From Octopus vulgaris (lineage: Eukaryota), in the NCBI GenBank assembly GCA_951406725.2, contig OX597816.1:94426001-94490000 (forward strand): a stretch of DNA of 64,000 nt, in the 5' to 3' direction. The notes beneath the pieces were generated by a model. The model was not told where the DNA came from, ran no database searches, and saw only the letters and a program-made list of their open reading frames with translations. Positions within the stretch are counted from its first letter, which is position 1. Each line of letters starts with the position of its first letter. This document shows positions 26,083-36,049 of the stretch, piece after piece. Both the position numbers and the translations under genes were made by a program.

Positions 26083-27797
26083 TCGAAAAATACCTTAGGA
26101 ATGAGAACCCAAGTTCGAAATTTCCCCAAGATACCTGATGAAGGCTGGAGGGTATATAAGCCAAAACGTTATGTTAACAACAAACAAGATGAAGACAAAT
26201 ATCCGTCTAATGTAAATATTGTAAGCTATGTACGATTAGTTATGCCTGTCCTTTCACCCATATGTCCCTTGGTTTACAGACTCTACTATATAGTTCCACT
26301 CTGAAATCATTCCAACTTATCTCATCTTTAGTGTATCTTGTATTACATTGTGCATCAGTCGAGTTCATATGCAACCACATAGAATTTCAGTCTCTGACCA
26401 TTATTGCTGCGTAGCTCAACGTCGGCTCTGATTATGCAGACCTACAATTAAATACCTTACTCTCATAACTCTCCCATCTCAGATAAAATGTATATAGAAG
26501 ATATTTAAGGTGGTTGTGTAGGATATGAGTGGAATTTGGTCGTTCTTTCTAACAAGTCAAGCGACGGTGAGTGAACTCTTTCAGGGATTGTGGATGAAGA
26601 AATGTGTCTTTCGTTTCTTCCTGTTAGTAAAAGTAACATAGCACCAGGTCTGAAATGAAATATTCTGTTTTCATATTGTTTATACATTAAAATATGTCTT
26701 TGTTTATTATAACCGTAATATAGATTATGTGTTGTTGTCATGAAAAGAAGATGTGAAGTATGTGTCATGAAAGGAATATTTAAAGATTTTCCTCTGAAAT
26801 ATAAAAAGATATTATTTTGTTCTATTTTGAGCCCTACAAAAATTAATTGATACAGCAAAGATCCTTGGAAAGGTTCGAACGGGAAAATCTCACGATCAGA
26901 GAGTATCATGGTGATGTATGCGTACATATGCGTTTGGTTGAATTGTTAGCAGCATGTATGTAAGTGCTACAAAAGATAAAGGTGTGTGTGTTTGTATTTG
27001 TGTGTTAACATGGTATATCTGGTTGTCGTCGCATACTTCTCTTTCACAGATATTGTTTACTGTATAAAGGCGGTGAGCTGGCAGAAACGTTAGCACACCA
27101 GACGAAATGCTCAGTGGTATTTCGTCTGCCGTTACGTTGTGAGTTCAAATTCCGCCGAGGTCGACTTTGCCTTTCATCCTTTCGGGGTCGATTAAATAAG
27201 TACCAGTTACACACTGGGGTCGATATAATCGACTTAATCCGTTTGTCTGTCCTTGTTTGTCCTCTCTGTGTTTAGCCCCTTGTGGGTAGTAAAGAAATAT
27301 GTTATTGTTTACTGTATACTGATCTTTGCTATAGTTGACAGGTTGTGACCGACGGTGGTGCTACCGCTGCTGCAGTTTTGGCTGGGCAACAAAATATTTC
27401 AGTTGATATACTTTTCTCTTGGAAGCTAGGTGCCAACTAACTGACTTGTCTTTATCTATTTCTATAAAAGTCATGAATAACAGAACAAAAATAGGTCAAG
27501 AGGATTCGCTTGATTGGTCGATAAAAACCAAAGATTTCTGTTGCTAGCCTGCCAATGTGCCTAGATTTATTTATAGTCCGTGAAAGAAGAGCTCGACATT
27601 CGAATCTTAAACTTCTCATTGCATTCTTTTAAGACGTTATTGAATGATTTTAAGTAGATACGTTAGAGAGGCTAACGAGAATACAGGTTCAAAACAGATA
27701 TATGATGAAACTTCGGAAAAAGAATTGAAGTGTAAGACTACTTACTTGATTCGGAAGCGTCTGCAATTATTTGATCGATTGATCTTTCCTCTGTAGC
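452..27797 (-). CDS. Astacin-family (M12A) zinc metalloprotease with EGF-like and tandem ShKT domains; spliced gene span, 3' end outside the window, first exon uncertain
   Basis: The exons 27746-27797, 24337-24436, 22172-22260, 20868-20991, 18816-18882, 15126-15329, 13498-13624, 12098-12196, 9406-9450, 8932-9066, 4166-4285, 2480-2632 and 452-604 all have AG/GT boundaries and join in frame with matching phases and no stops. Motifs: HExxHxxGxxHE, RxDRD, SIMHY and the four conserved astacin cysteines. Confidence 0.95.
2480..2632 (-). CDS. Astacin exon, ShKT domain 3
   Basis: ttatag|...|gtgagt, phase 1-1, 153 nt. Encodes VEEKCDDSNTMCPVWAKAGHCKINAAYMLKNCKKSCSECTSGGTEDKKDDK; overlaps ORF 2346..2603. 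Confidence 0.93.
4166..4285 (-). CDS. Astacin exon, ShKT domain 2
   Basis: tttcag|...|gtaag, phase 1-1, 120 nt. Encodes DCKDNNTDCKYWAGLGECSKNPVYMLVHCKLSCKQCNGTE. Confidence 0.93.
8932..9066 (-). CDS. Astacin exon, ShKT domain 1
   Basis: ttacag|...|gtaaag, phase 1-1, 135 nt. Encodes ICRDNHRSCAVWAQMNECKLNPVYMLTNCKKSCDKCKGGKNETVE. Confidence 0.93.
9406..9450 (-). CDS. Astacin linker exon
   Basis: ttacag|...|gtaagt, phase 1-1, 45 nt. Encodes DTSGDGGVTEPTEEK. Confidence 0.8.
10690..11900 (+). mobile_element. Degenerate R4/Dong-like LINE 3' fragment interrupted by a foldback element
   Basis: Remnants of the C-terminal region (CxxC...H...EYKRxH; K(M)LWD), similar to the copies at 38.7 kb and 51 kb. 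Confidence 0.55.
11131..11465. mobile_element. Foldback/MITE with diverged inverted arms of about 105 bp
   Basis: 11131-11235 matches the reverse complement of 11360-11465 with moderate identity. Confidence 0.7.
12098..12196 (-). CDS. Astacin exon, Cys-rich EGF-like module
   Basis: ttctag|...|gtatgt, phase 1-1, 99 nt. Encodes GNCPKKSCPRNGFVAKDCECYCADSKKSIRKCS. Confidence 0.9.
12868..13437 (+). mobile_element. Solo LTR of a Gypsy-type element
   Basis: Termini TGTAGT...GTTACA, 4-bp TSD GGTT on both sides, internal AATAAA, and clear homology to the LTRs at 33136 and 35281. Confidence 0.9.
13498..13624 (-). CDS. Astacin exon, end of catalytic domain
   Basis: ttgtag|...|gtgagt, phase 0-1. Encodes EFSVNGERTIKTKDKRYQDIIGKAKILSFNDVKLVNTMYKCS, matching the FSxNGxxTI...IG...LSxxD...MYxC astacin pattern. 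Confidence 0.95.
13690..14420 (+). mobile_element. Cluster of tRNA-derived Meta-type SINE copies
   Basis: Repeated gagttcaaat...gtcaactttg(c)ctttcatc...ggggtcgataaa core; contains a (GGT/GGC)n stretch. Confidence 0.75.
15126..15329 (-). CDS. Astacin exon with zinc-binding site and Met-turn
   Basis: tcacag|...|gtaagt, phase 0-0, 204 nt. Encodes [30 protein letters not shown]...YDYRSIMHYGSY. Confidence 0.97.
15700..16750 (+). mobile_element. Decayed pogo-type DDE transposase remnant
   Basis: Broken translations give IGHTDE, KLKPMVV.KRKT, AVIPSGLT and KSF...MDGAED, in the order expected for pogo transposases. Confidence 0.6.
17531..18050. mobile_element. Foldback element/MITE with arms of about 215 bp
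   Basis: 17531-~17748 is an imperfect reverse complement of ~17835-18050. Confidence 0.88.
18816..18882 (-). CDS. Astacin exon, catalytic domain
   Basis: taaaag|...|gtaagt, phase 2-0, 67 nt. Encodes (G)CSSFIGMQPTSQDVLLAKNCRV, matching GCxSxVG...QxxxL...C. Confidence 0.92.
18960..19140. repeat. Degenerate minisatellite, unit about 28 bp
   Basis: About six variants of aaaatactccacagtgaagaatatata. Confidence 0.6.
20330..20830 (-). mobile_element. Three Meta-type SINE copies
   Basis: Reverse-complement core ccgaaaggatgaaaggtaaagtggacctcggcagaattt and variants. Confidence 0.75.
20868..20991 (-). CDS. Astacin exon, catalytic domain
   Basis: tgacag|...|gtaagt, phase 1-2, 124 nt. Encodes FTKEQKLEVQSAMDDWNALTCINFRKANSQDKHKISFRNGMG, matching AMxxW...TCIxF. 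Confidence 0.94.
21168..21582. mobile_element. Probable MITE containing a short (TTAGGG)n run
   Basis: Left end ggatcttttcggtttgaacggcagttttt with only a partial complement (aaaactg) at the right; four TTAGGG units at about 21269-21292. Confidence 0.45.
22172..22260 (-). CDS. Astacin exon, propeptide cleavage site and mature N-terminus
   Basis: tactag|...|gtaagt, phase 2-1, 89 nt. Encodes RNNTRGKR/KAIRPLMFRWKTKDIPYTYGDY, with a furin-type RxKR site and the W...IPY motif. Confidence 0.93.
22479..22541 (+). repeat. (AAAG)n microsatellite
   Basis: Directly visible. Confidence 0.95.
24337..24436 (-). CDS. Astacin exon, propeptide
   Basis: ttttag|...|gtgatt, phase 1-2, 100 nt. Encodes SREIGFIYDSSNGIVKTEMDMMFTIDVWRDLMQ; ExD(M) resembles the astacin aspartate-switch motif. 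Confidence 0.88.
24574..25670 (-). mobile_element. Decayed hAT (Charlie/Buster-like) transposase remnant
   Basis: ORF 25385..25810 contains LCC...TKGKAIFHKVNDF...IPWVECISLTT, resembling Buster-type transposases; TIR-like cagcagtagccaacc near 24575. Confidence 0.55.
25675..26224. mobile_element. Palindromic non-autonomous element: tRNA-like head, (AAT)n and hammerhead-like motif (Penelope-associated type)
   Basis: Central palindrome at 25920-25965. A box TGGCGTAGTGG (25951) and B box GAGTTCGATTCC (25994). (AAT)n at 26024-26080. CTGATGA-stem-(G/A)AAAC on + at 26135-26167 and on - at 25813-25781. Confidence 0.8.
27067..27300 (+). mobile_element. Well-preserved Meta-type tRNA SINE
   Basis: Head ggcggtgagctggcagaa, B box gagttcaaattcc, core gtcgactttgcctttcatcctttcggggtcgat. 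Confidence 0.85.
27746..27797 (-). CDS. Astacin exon, start of propeptide
   Basis: Strong pyrimidine tract ctttctttcccag|...|gtaagt, phase 0-1, 52 nt. Encodes ATEERSIDQIIADASES; the phase matches the next exon. Confidence 0.8.
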
Positions 27798-30700
27798 CTG
27801 GGAAAGAAAGACAAGGAAACAGCTTTAACATTTGACTTTAAGAAATTAAATTAAAGAATTTCAACTTTGCTGATGTTTAACGGTAGACGGGATATATGGT
27901 GTACAGTCACCAACAGGAGTTTTATTAATACTATAACGAAAGTGGCAAGTTGGCAGAATCGTTGATGCGTCGAGCAAAATGCTTAGCGGCATTTCTTCCG
28001 ACTCGTTACCTTTAATCCTTTCGGAGTTGATAAAATATGTAGTAGTTGAGCACTGGGCTTAATGTAATCGACTAACCCCTCACCTCAAAATTACTGGCCT
28101 TGTGCAAAAGTAGAAGGAATTATTAATACTATGACGTCACCGAAGTGTTTCTCTTTACACCTCATTGTAATAAGGTCTGTTAATTCCTCTTCAGCCTCGT
28201 TTTTTAATGACTTTATCAAAAAACGAAGTGGTGTGTCCATAACCTTTTTCAGGGCTTTTAAGATTTATGGAAGAAAGTGGGCAAGTTATCTTCAAACCAG
28301 TGATTTGGCGGAATGCTTACAACAAACTGAACTCCGATAAAAGCACCTAATGGCAAGGTTGTGATGATAAACCAAGTGATGGATTAAGTTAGGCCTCGCA
28401 TAGTAAGAGCAGGGGTGTCTTTTATGCCATGCTGTGAGCAAGAAAATAGCATATGAGGATTATTAACTCTGTCAATTGATCATTAAATTAAATGAAATAT
28501 CTCCTTTTGAAAATTGTAAGTTAGGTTTATATCTACACCACAACTTCAACTTTTATTCTCTGTTTTATGCATGCTTTAATTCTATCATACTAAAATAATG
28601 TCGTTAATTACCTAGAAAATATCAACTGCAATACATTTCAGTTTTAATTTTCAAAGTATTATCTACTTTAACCTATTAACGTGGAGAATTAACAGAGTGT
28701 TAAGGTCGTTGGATAGAGTGTTTTGTGAGAGTGGTCACTAATTTATAGTATGAAAGTGTTCGTGGAAAAGTCCTGTAAATGAGCTTTTGAGAAGCATGTG
28801 TAATGGAATAGCAGAAGGTAGATTCTTTAAACAAATAATTTGATTTATAAAATTATCACAAGTGCTAACAAGTAATAAAAGCGTAGCCTGTATGTATGCA
28901 TGAATCAGAGAAAGTGTCATAACTTACGTTTGAAGAATAGAATCAGTGGGAAGTCGCTATAAGCTAACAGAAACAGAGATAGTTTAAGCGAAAATATACT
29001 GTTCATTATGAGGCAGAGTTGTGGCTGATGTCATCCAGAATTTCGCGGAGCGAAATGGGCAGAAATGAATTAGGCTGTTCATGATGTAGCAAGTTGAGAG
29101 CAGCTAAAAATTTAGAGCTAGCGGCACAAAATGGGTGCGAAAAGCAAAGAGCTGTCCTGCTGTTGCTGGTCCTCCGTCTTTCCGCTAGCTGATAAAAACT
29201 CCCGCTTCACTTCATGGGCAAAGAACTACCTCTAGCATTCATATGCGCCCAACCCTGATCGGCTGGGGAATGTCATAGCACAGTTATGCTATGACACGAC
29301 AAATATAATAGCTTTCCTGACATGTTACAAATGTCTCGCTTTCTTAATTCAAATCTCGCCGAGTTGAACTTAGCCTTCCGGGGTTTATAAAAATAGTGTC
29401 AATTCAAAGTGGGTGGATTGGCGAAAGTGATGGCGGGTCAGTCAAGGTACCTTGCTGTATCTCTTTCGGGTTTTTACTTTTTTACAGCAAGACTTATGAC
29501 ATGGCTGGTGCTAGGCTTCATAAGCGTTTCATTTTGACAACACCGGTGAAGTGAAGATGGGAGATTGCATACAAGGGCAACTGCCAGTCTTCTTCGAAAA
29601 ACCTAAAATATATTGCTGTTGATCTTCCTGTGTAAATACGACATTATCTTAGGCGATGGAATTAAAGCACACCTTAAACCAAGAGTGAAAGCTGAAGACT
29701 AAGTGATACACATATAAATGTAATTTACAAATTTATGTGGAAAATATTTCATTTAATGATCAACTGACATAGTTGATACCCCACATATGCAATTTCTTTT
29801 CATAGTATGGCAGAGCCTTATTGTGCACACTTGGTCGTTTTAACTGAAGACATCTCTCAAATACTTTTTTTTTTTTAAATAACATTGACTTTTTAAATTG
29901 CATACGGTTTTATGTGTGTTGTAGTGAAATTCTGACACCCCTGTGGGATAGCTAGTCAACTGTCCTAAACCGTATAAAACCGCATGCGCACTGTCAAATC
30001 ATTTTTGATTCCGATTGGCGTGGGTCGTGTTATGCTTTGTTATACTTTGTTGAAGGTTTTCCCGTGCAGGTGGGCCACGCCCCAAAACCCCTGGCTCTTC
30101 GGACACTAGCCCTCTCCTTACTCCCACCAGACATTAATACAAATAATGCAAACAGACAAGAGCCACAAAATCCCAATCCCCCACCCAGGGAAAGGTGCCT
30201 TATCGTTTTATACAACAGTACAAAGGTTTCAGTGAGAAAAGAAGATGAGATGGTGAGTTCTGATATAGAGGTGGACACGAAGGATTATGAGGAGTTACAC
30301 ACGAGTTTATGATGTTTCCTCATGTTGAAGGAGAACTATCACAGTTTAAGTACAGGAGAGATGTCTACTACACGAGAAGAGACGTCGACCTGAACTCGTT
30401 ACAGCCTAAGATAAGATTGAGTGAAATTTACCCAGGGACAATAGGAATGAACGGTTGTTGTAACCTTAGTTTTGACTCAATTTTGAACAGTGATTATCAC
30501 AGTAATTTTTAACAGCATAAGTGGTGTTTTATAATTGTGTACAAAGAAAAGAAAATAGAGCATGTAATTGCGTATAATAGAATCCAACATAGAACTGTAA
30601 TTGTTATCATAGTATTTTGACTGTGTAGATGATGGTTTAGAAGGGAAAAAAGGAGAAAAAAGCAATTTTATGCGTTGTAAAGAAAACAAGATTCAATGAA

Positions 30701-31263
30701 ACTGCTCGATCGTGGGGTCGAGTGGCGTTCAATTTATTTTTCAAATCCATCTTTTTTCATTCGTTTTCTTTTTTCCCACTTTGTCCTTGTTTGTCCCCTA
30801 TATGTTAGGCCCTGTGTGGCCAAATAAAGAAATACAGCGTGGTGTGTGCAAGCACATTGTGAAGGCAGTCGTGGAAGTTGTTGAGAAGAGATATTGTTTG
30901 TGACGAGTTGTTTCTGATATATATTTGTATTGTTATAACCTTGTTATAAAGTCCACGTTATATAGTGGCATATACAGTGAGTTCAAAGAAGGACATAACA
31001 GTGACGACGAGACACAATAATGTGTTAATTCATATAAGGATAAGTAGTGTTTTATATTATTCGTTTTATTTTTGTTACAGAAGGAGTAACAGAGACCTGG
31101 CATTAAGACAAAGACAGGAAGATAGACATGTGAATATGGTACTTAGACTGCGATCTCGTTCGTAAGTTCAATTTAGCAGCAGATAGTCTGTTGTTTTCAC
31201 CGACATCAGTGCAGCTAACGATCGAAAAGAAAGTCTTCAGATCTTTTTGAAAGTTATTCATGA

Positions 31264-32584
31264 CTAGCAGAGATACCCGGCGTTGCTCGGAATTAAAATG
31301 GCATAGTTTGTATATTAATTACAGTTATGTTGGAACAGGTGATACGGGAAAGTGCAGCATTGACGGCAAAATATTTGTGAAGTAAATGATGGGCTAATTC
31401 GACTCAGCGACACGTCATGCCTCTGTTTGGAGTATTCCAAGCCCTAACCTGTCATGGAAATTGGGGGTGGGGGTTATATGATTTTTGAACGCATCGAAAA
31501 GCTGTCAGTGGATGTACTCTCCTTTGCGGCAGTCGACCCATCGTTTGACGTTTTGACTCCTCCTTCAGGTTTGTTGTCCTACATCACTCACGAAGTAAAT
31601 TTGGAAGAAGTGTGGTTGTTCATTTGTGGCTAGCAGGGAAGTAATGAGGCGATAGACTTGCCCTTGAACTTTGAACGTTGGCGTAAATCGCCTTAGATCA
31701 GGGGTGGGCAAACTACGGCCCGCCATGGGTTTTCATGCGGCCCGCCAAGAGCTTTTATGAATCCCAACTTCTATGCAGATACTTCGTAACTGTTTCAGTT
31801 GTACGGTAATTCACAATAGTTTGCATTTTATTTTAGTTCACTGTTTCGTGCCTTCACAAAATTGTCCGCTGTTTGTTTGTTTCAGCTACTGTGAAGCGAA
31901 GAAAAATTTCGAGAAATATTCCCATGACATCATAATAAAACACATTTCCGGGTGAAGATATGGTTGTCCATAATATTAAGAGGTGGTTGTCCACAATTAG
32001 TGCAGATTTTACTAGGAAAATTCCGTTCCTGGCAATTTGTAAGCAATAACAGGCTGTCCAAAATAACCGAGGTTCCTGTAATAATTTCAACTATGGGAGC
32101 AAATAACCGAAAAACATGAACCCGATACTCTAAAAAATAAATTAAATCACTTAAACCAGGAATATTTCACAAAATTTCCTTTCAATCAATTGTGTGTTTA
32201 TAGGTCTATAACCGCCTTTAAAAATATTTTCACTTGATTTTTATAAATGAGGCCCGCCAAGGTTCCAAAAACGCACTGTGCGGCCCGCGATCAAAAAAGT
32301 TCGCCCACCCCTGCCTTAGATGCACCAAACTGTATCATTTGAGATACAAAGTTGTATTGTCTGATATTGTTCAGAAAATCCTTTGACTGAATGGAAGTGC
32401 CTTCCAGATCTATAGGAGATTGAGAAGGAGCTGGTAGTGCTGGCAATCTTACCTTGCCGCCTGAGCAACGCATGCCATTAGTTTCATTTGGGAATTTTGG
32501 GAAAGTCTCATCTCTCTTCTGTATTGAGACTCCATTTAATGTGCTACACACACACACACACACACACAGAGTAAATTTTATAGA
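31264..32584 (-). mobile_element. Internally deleted Helitron
   Basis: On the minus strand: 5' TC end, 3' hairpin ccgagcaacgccgg followed by CTAG, inserted between A and T. Coding remnant CSGGKVRLP...FLNNIRQYN...FGA / PTFKVQGQVY matches the region upstream of Helitron Rep. Confidence 0.85.
31699..32313. mobile_element. hAT MITE nested in the Helitron
   Basis: TIRs caggggtgggcaaact / agttcgcccacccctg, 8-bp TSD CCTTAGAT, subterminal cggccc repeats. Confidence 0.93.
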
Positions 32585-33135
32585 TAAAAGTGAAACAATA
32601 TTATACTCTTATCAAAAGTGAAATAATTAGTGAAAGAATTTCAGTATTTAGTAAAGGCTCGCGTTTGTAATTTTGAAGTATACGAATACTTTCTTTCAAA
32701 ATTCCATAGTTGCTTTATAAATAACGTTATCGTTTGATACTTTAAAATGTCACCACTAATTTTAAATAATCGTTCATAGAAACTAGGAGCAAAGCGATAG
32801 TGTTGAAGGTAATATGTCGCTCGATTATAATAATAAACAGCTGGAGTAATATAATTATGTAAATTGTTATGTGTGTGTGTGTGTGTTTGTGTGTTTGTGT
32901 GTGTATATGTCTTCTTCTTAGAGATCGTTTCAGTCAATTGTGTATATGCATGCAATTCGATCTCACTTGGATTTATTGTAATGTAATACACTGTCGGAAT
33001 TCAACAACTTGTTATTAATTGCGCTCTTAATTACCGCAGATTTATTCTTTGGTCATTATACATCAATTCTCTATATGAATATGCGTGTTTGTGTGTGCAT
33101 GAGTATGTATGTGTATATGTGTGGATGTATGTGTG

Positions 33136-35887
33136 TGAAACGATCTTAGTGTGAGCGTATGTGAGTATCTGTGTCTTGTACTTTCGGGGTACAAGAAAGC
33201 AATCACTCTCACTAGCCGTTGCTTTAATAATCCAGAATCTCTACTAGTCAGAAACAACAAGACGCAGACGTAAAATATATATAACTACTTTATTCTCTTT
33301 CTTGGTAACAATAACAATAAGTGTGTTATCTGATGTCCTTGATTCTGGGCGCGCAAGGCTGAAAGTTAATAGATTGTAATATTTACAATCTTCAGCCCAA
33401 AACAGAAAGGGGTCAAGATGGCGTCGAACAGGGAAGTTGAATGTGGTCGGCAACAATTTGGTTAAAGGTATTCGGCCGACTGCTGCTATCAACCGGAGAG
33501 AATATATGCGTGACCGCCGCCTTCAATCGCTGGGTCCCAAGTCCCCGATGACTGTTGCTAGTGGTCAAACGTTCTACGACTCCCTTGCCTCGCTAACTAC
33601 CACGATAGGCAAGCGGGTCGTGCTTCCGGTGGTTCGCGCATGCGCGAGAGGGCCCTTCCTTTCTCTGCCTTGGTAAAGGCACCAACACGCGCGAAATACA
33701 AATGGACGGTGCGCGAGCGCGCGCCGTTGTAGGATCACTACAGGCTCCCCTCCAGTGCGTACGCACGAAAGGAAACTTATTGTAGTGACTGCAAAACTCA
33801 AGGTGGACACCAGATAACCAAATAGCACACAATAATATAATGGCAAAATTTATAACATACACAAGAAATTTATTAAAGGAAAAAGAGAAAAAATACTCAA
33901 TGAGCAAAAATCAAGAGTGCATGCATGAAAGTGTATACGTCACAAACCCTTCCGCTGAAGGAAGCGGAAGAAAAGGCAGAACTCACAGTTATTGAACCTA
34001 GGCGAAATCAAAATCCAACTTCTCTAAAGGTAGTTGATCCTGCGAAATAGCAGTTAAATCAATTGCTGCAGGAGAGGAAATGGAATTGACAGAAGCTCGC
34101 TAGTAACACAAAAGGCAAAGGTGCAAACATGCTGGTGTGATGCGCGACACAGATAATTTTCTGTTAATTACGTGACCAACAGTGGTCTAACAGGGAAAAT
34201 AATTACGCCCATACATAGGCGCAGCGCATGTGAACATCCGACATCTATGAGTCGGGAAAAGAATTAGGCTAACGCAAACGTGTTGCAAAAAACAAGGCAA
34301 TACACGTGCGAAGCAAAAGGCGCATGAAATGCAATAGTGCTTGCCAGACCAAAAAACAGCAAGAATATGCCAGTGGTTAAGCGATTATATGCCTCGTTCG
34401 TACAGGAACAAAAATATGGCATGCTGGCGCGTTGTAATGGACAAACAACCCTCTCTATGTATACGTGACCGACCTAGGGTCTATAGAAATGAGGGGTGTC
34501 CACAAAAGGCAAATTCAGCATGGAAAAAAACAAGCGAGAAAAGCATGTGTGACGTATGTATGTGAGAGAGAGCATTTATGTGTGTGTACGTGTGTGCGAC
34601 AGAAATACATACAAGGTGAATGCGAGCAAAATACAAAAAATACAGCGCATAGAAAAATGTCTCTCGGGCTATTCCAGACAAGAGTTAATTTACCAGTCTG
34701 TGATAGCCTGATGTACAATAGCAGTTCGTTCTGTAACAGAAATGTTGAAATCACAAAATGCAGATGCCGGTTGAACACATATCGTGTAACGGTTGTGGCT
34801 TCGATGCTGTGACAGGTTAACTGGAACAGAAGAAATCTCGTAGATAGTGCTGGGCTGTGAATTCTTGGTGTGCTAATGCACAAACGGCAAGTGGACCAAA
34901 CTTCCGCGAGTTGCTATGTACATCTTGTGGAGGTCGACGGTGTTGAAAGGCGACGTTGGTGGTGGAAGGCGACTGTAGTGGACTTGGGACAATATCGTTC
35001 TTAGTGATGATGGCGACGAAGATAGCGACGACGTGAAGTAGAAAGACGACGACTGCGATGACGAAGGTGGAGAAAAGGCATCGAATATATGATGGCGTTC
35101 GTCATCATGGCTGTAGAATAAGAAAGAGGCTCCTCCTACAACTTTGTGGTGGCCGGAAAACAAATCGTCGAAAGATGAATGCGTAGAGTTAAATCGTGTT
35201 CCGACTTCGCAGAAAAACTGGATTTTTTTTGTTGATAAGTGATCTCTGGTTTTAGACCAGAATCACGTCGGGGTCACCAGTGAAACGATCTTAGTGTGAG
35301 CGTATGTGAGTATCTGTGTCTTGTACTTTCGGGGTACAAGAAAGCAACCACTCTCACTAGCCGTTACTTTAATAATCCAGAATCTCTACTAGTCAGAAAC
35401 AACAAGACGCAGACGTAAAATATATATAACTACTTTATTCTCTTTCTTGGTAACAATAACAATAAGTGTGTTATCTGATGTCCTTGATTCTGGGCGCGCA
35501 AGGCTGAAAGTTAATAGATTGTAATATTTACAATCTTCAGCCCAAAACAGAAAGGGGTCAAGATGGCGTCGAACAGGGAAGTTGAATGTGGTCGGCAACA
35601 ATTTGGTTAAAGGTATTCGGCCGACTGCTGCTATCAACCGGAGAGAATATATGCGTGACCGCCGCCTTCAATCGCTGGGTCCCAAGTCCCCAATGACTGC
35701 TGCTAGTGGTCAAACGTTCTACGACTCCCTTGCCTCGCTAACTACCACGATAGGCAAGCGGGTCGTGCTTCCGGTGGTTCGCGCATGCGCGAGAGGGCCC
35801 TTCCTTTCTCTGCCTTGGTAAAGGCACCAACACGCGCGAAATACAAATGGACGGTGCGCGAGCGCGCGCCGTTGTAGGATCACTACA
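33136..35887 (-). mobile_element. Non-autonomous Gypsy-type LTR retroelement
   Basis: 607-bp LTRs at 33136-33742 and 35281-35887 with TG...CA ends and about 4 differences. 4-bp TSD TGTG. PBS TGGTGACCCCGACGTGAT (35262-35279) is complementary to the tRNA-Trp 3' end. PPT GGAGGGGAGCC at 33743-33753. No gag or pol recognisable in the 1.5-kb interior. Confidence 0.93.
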
Positions 35888-36049
35888 TGTGTATAACCAA
35901 TTATTTCTCAAAGCCTTATTTTCGATGTGTGTGTGTGTTGATTGTTACTTCTTGTCAGAGTGCCACCTCCTCATTGAACTTTGACGGTCATGTGCACGCA
36001 GGTGACTTTTCAGCCCAGTGTGACAACTATTTTTCTCTTCGGTACAAAT

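Noticed and set aside
26505-26927. 140-aa ORF with a good acceptor at 26650 as an extra astacin exon
   Set aside because: In the required phase it hits a stop within 9 codons, and the flanking exons join without it.
35262-35279. Match to the tRNA-Trp 3' end including CCA
   Set aside because: It is the primer-binding site of the LTR element, not a tRNA gene.
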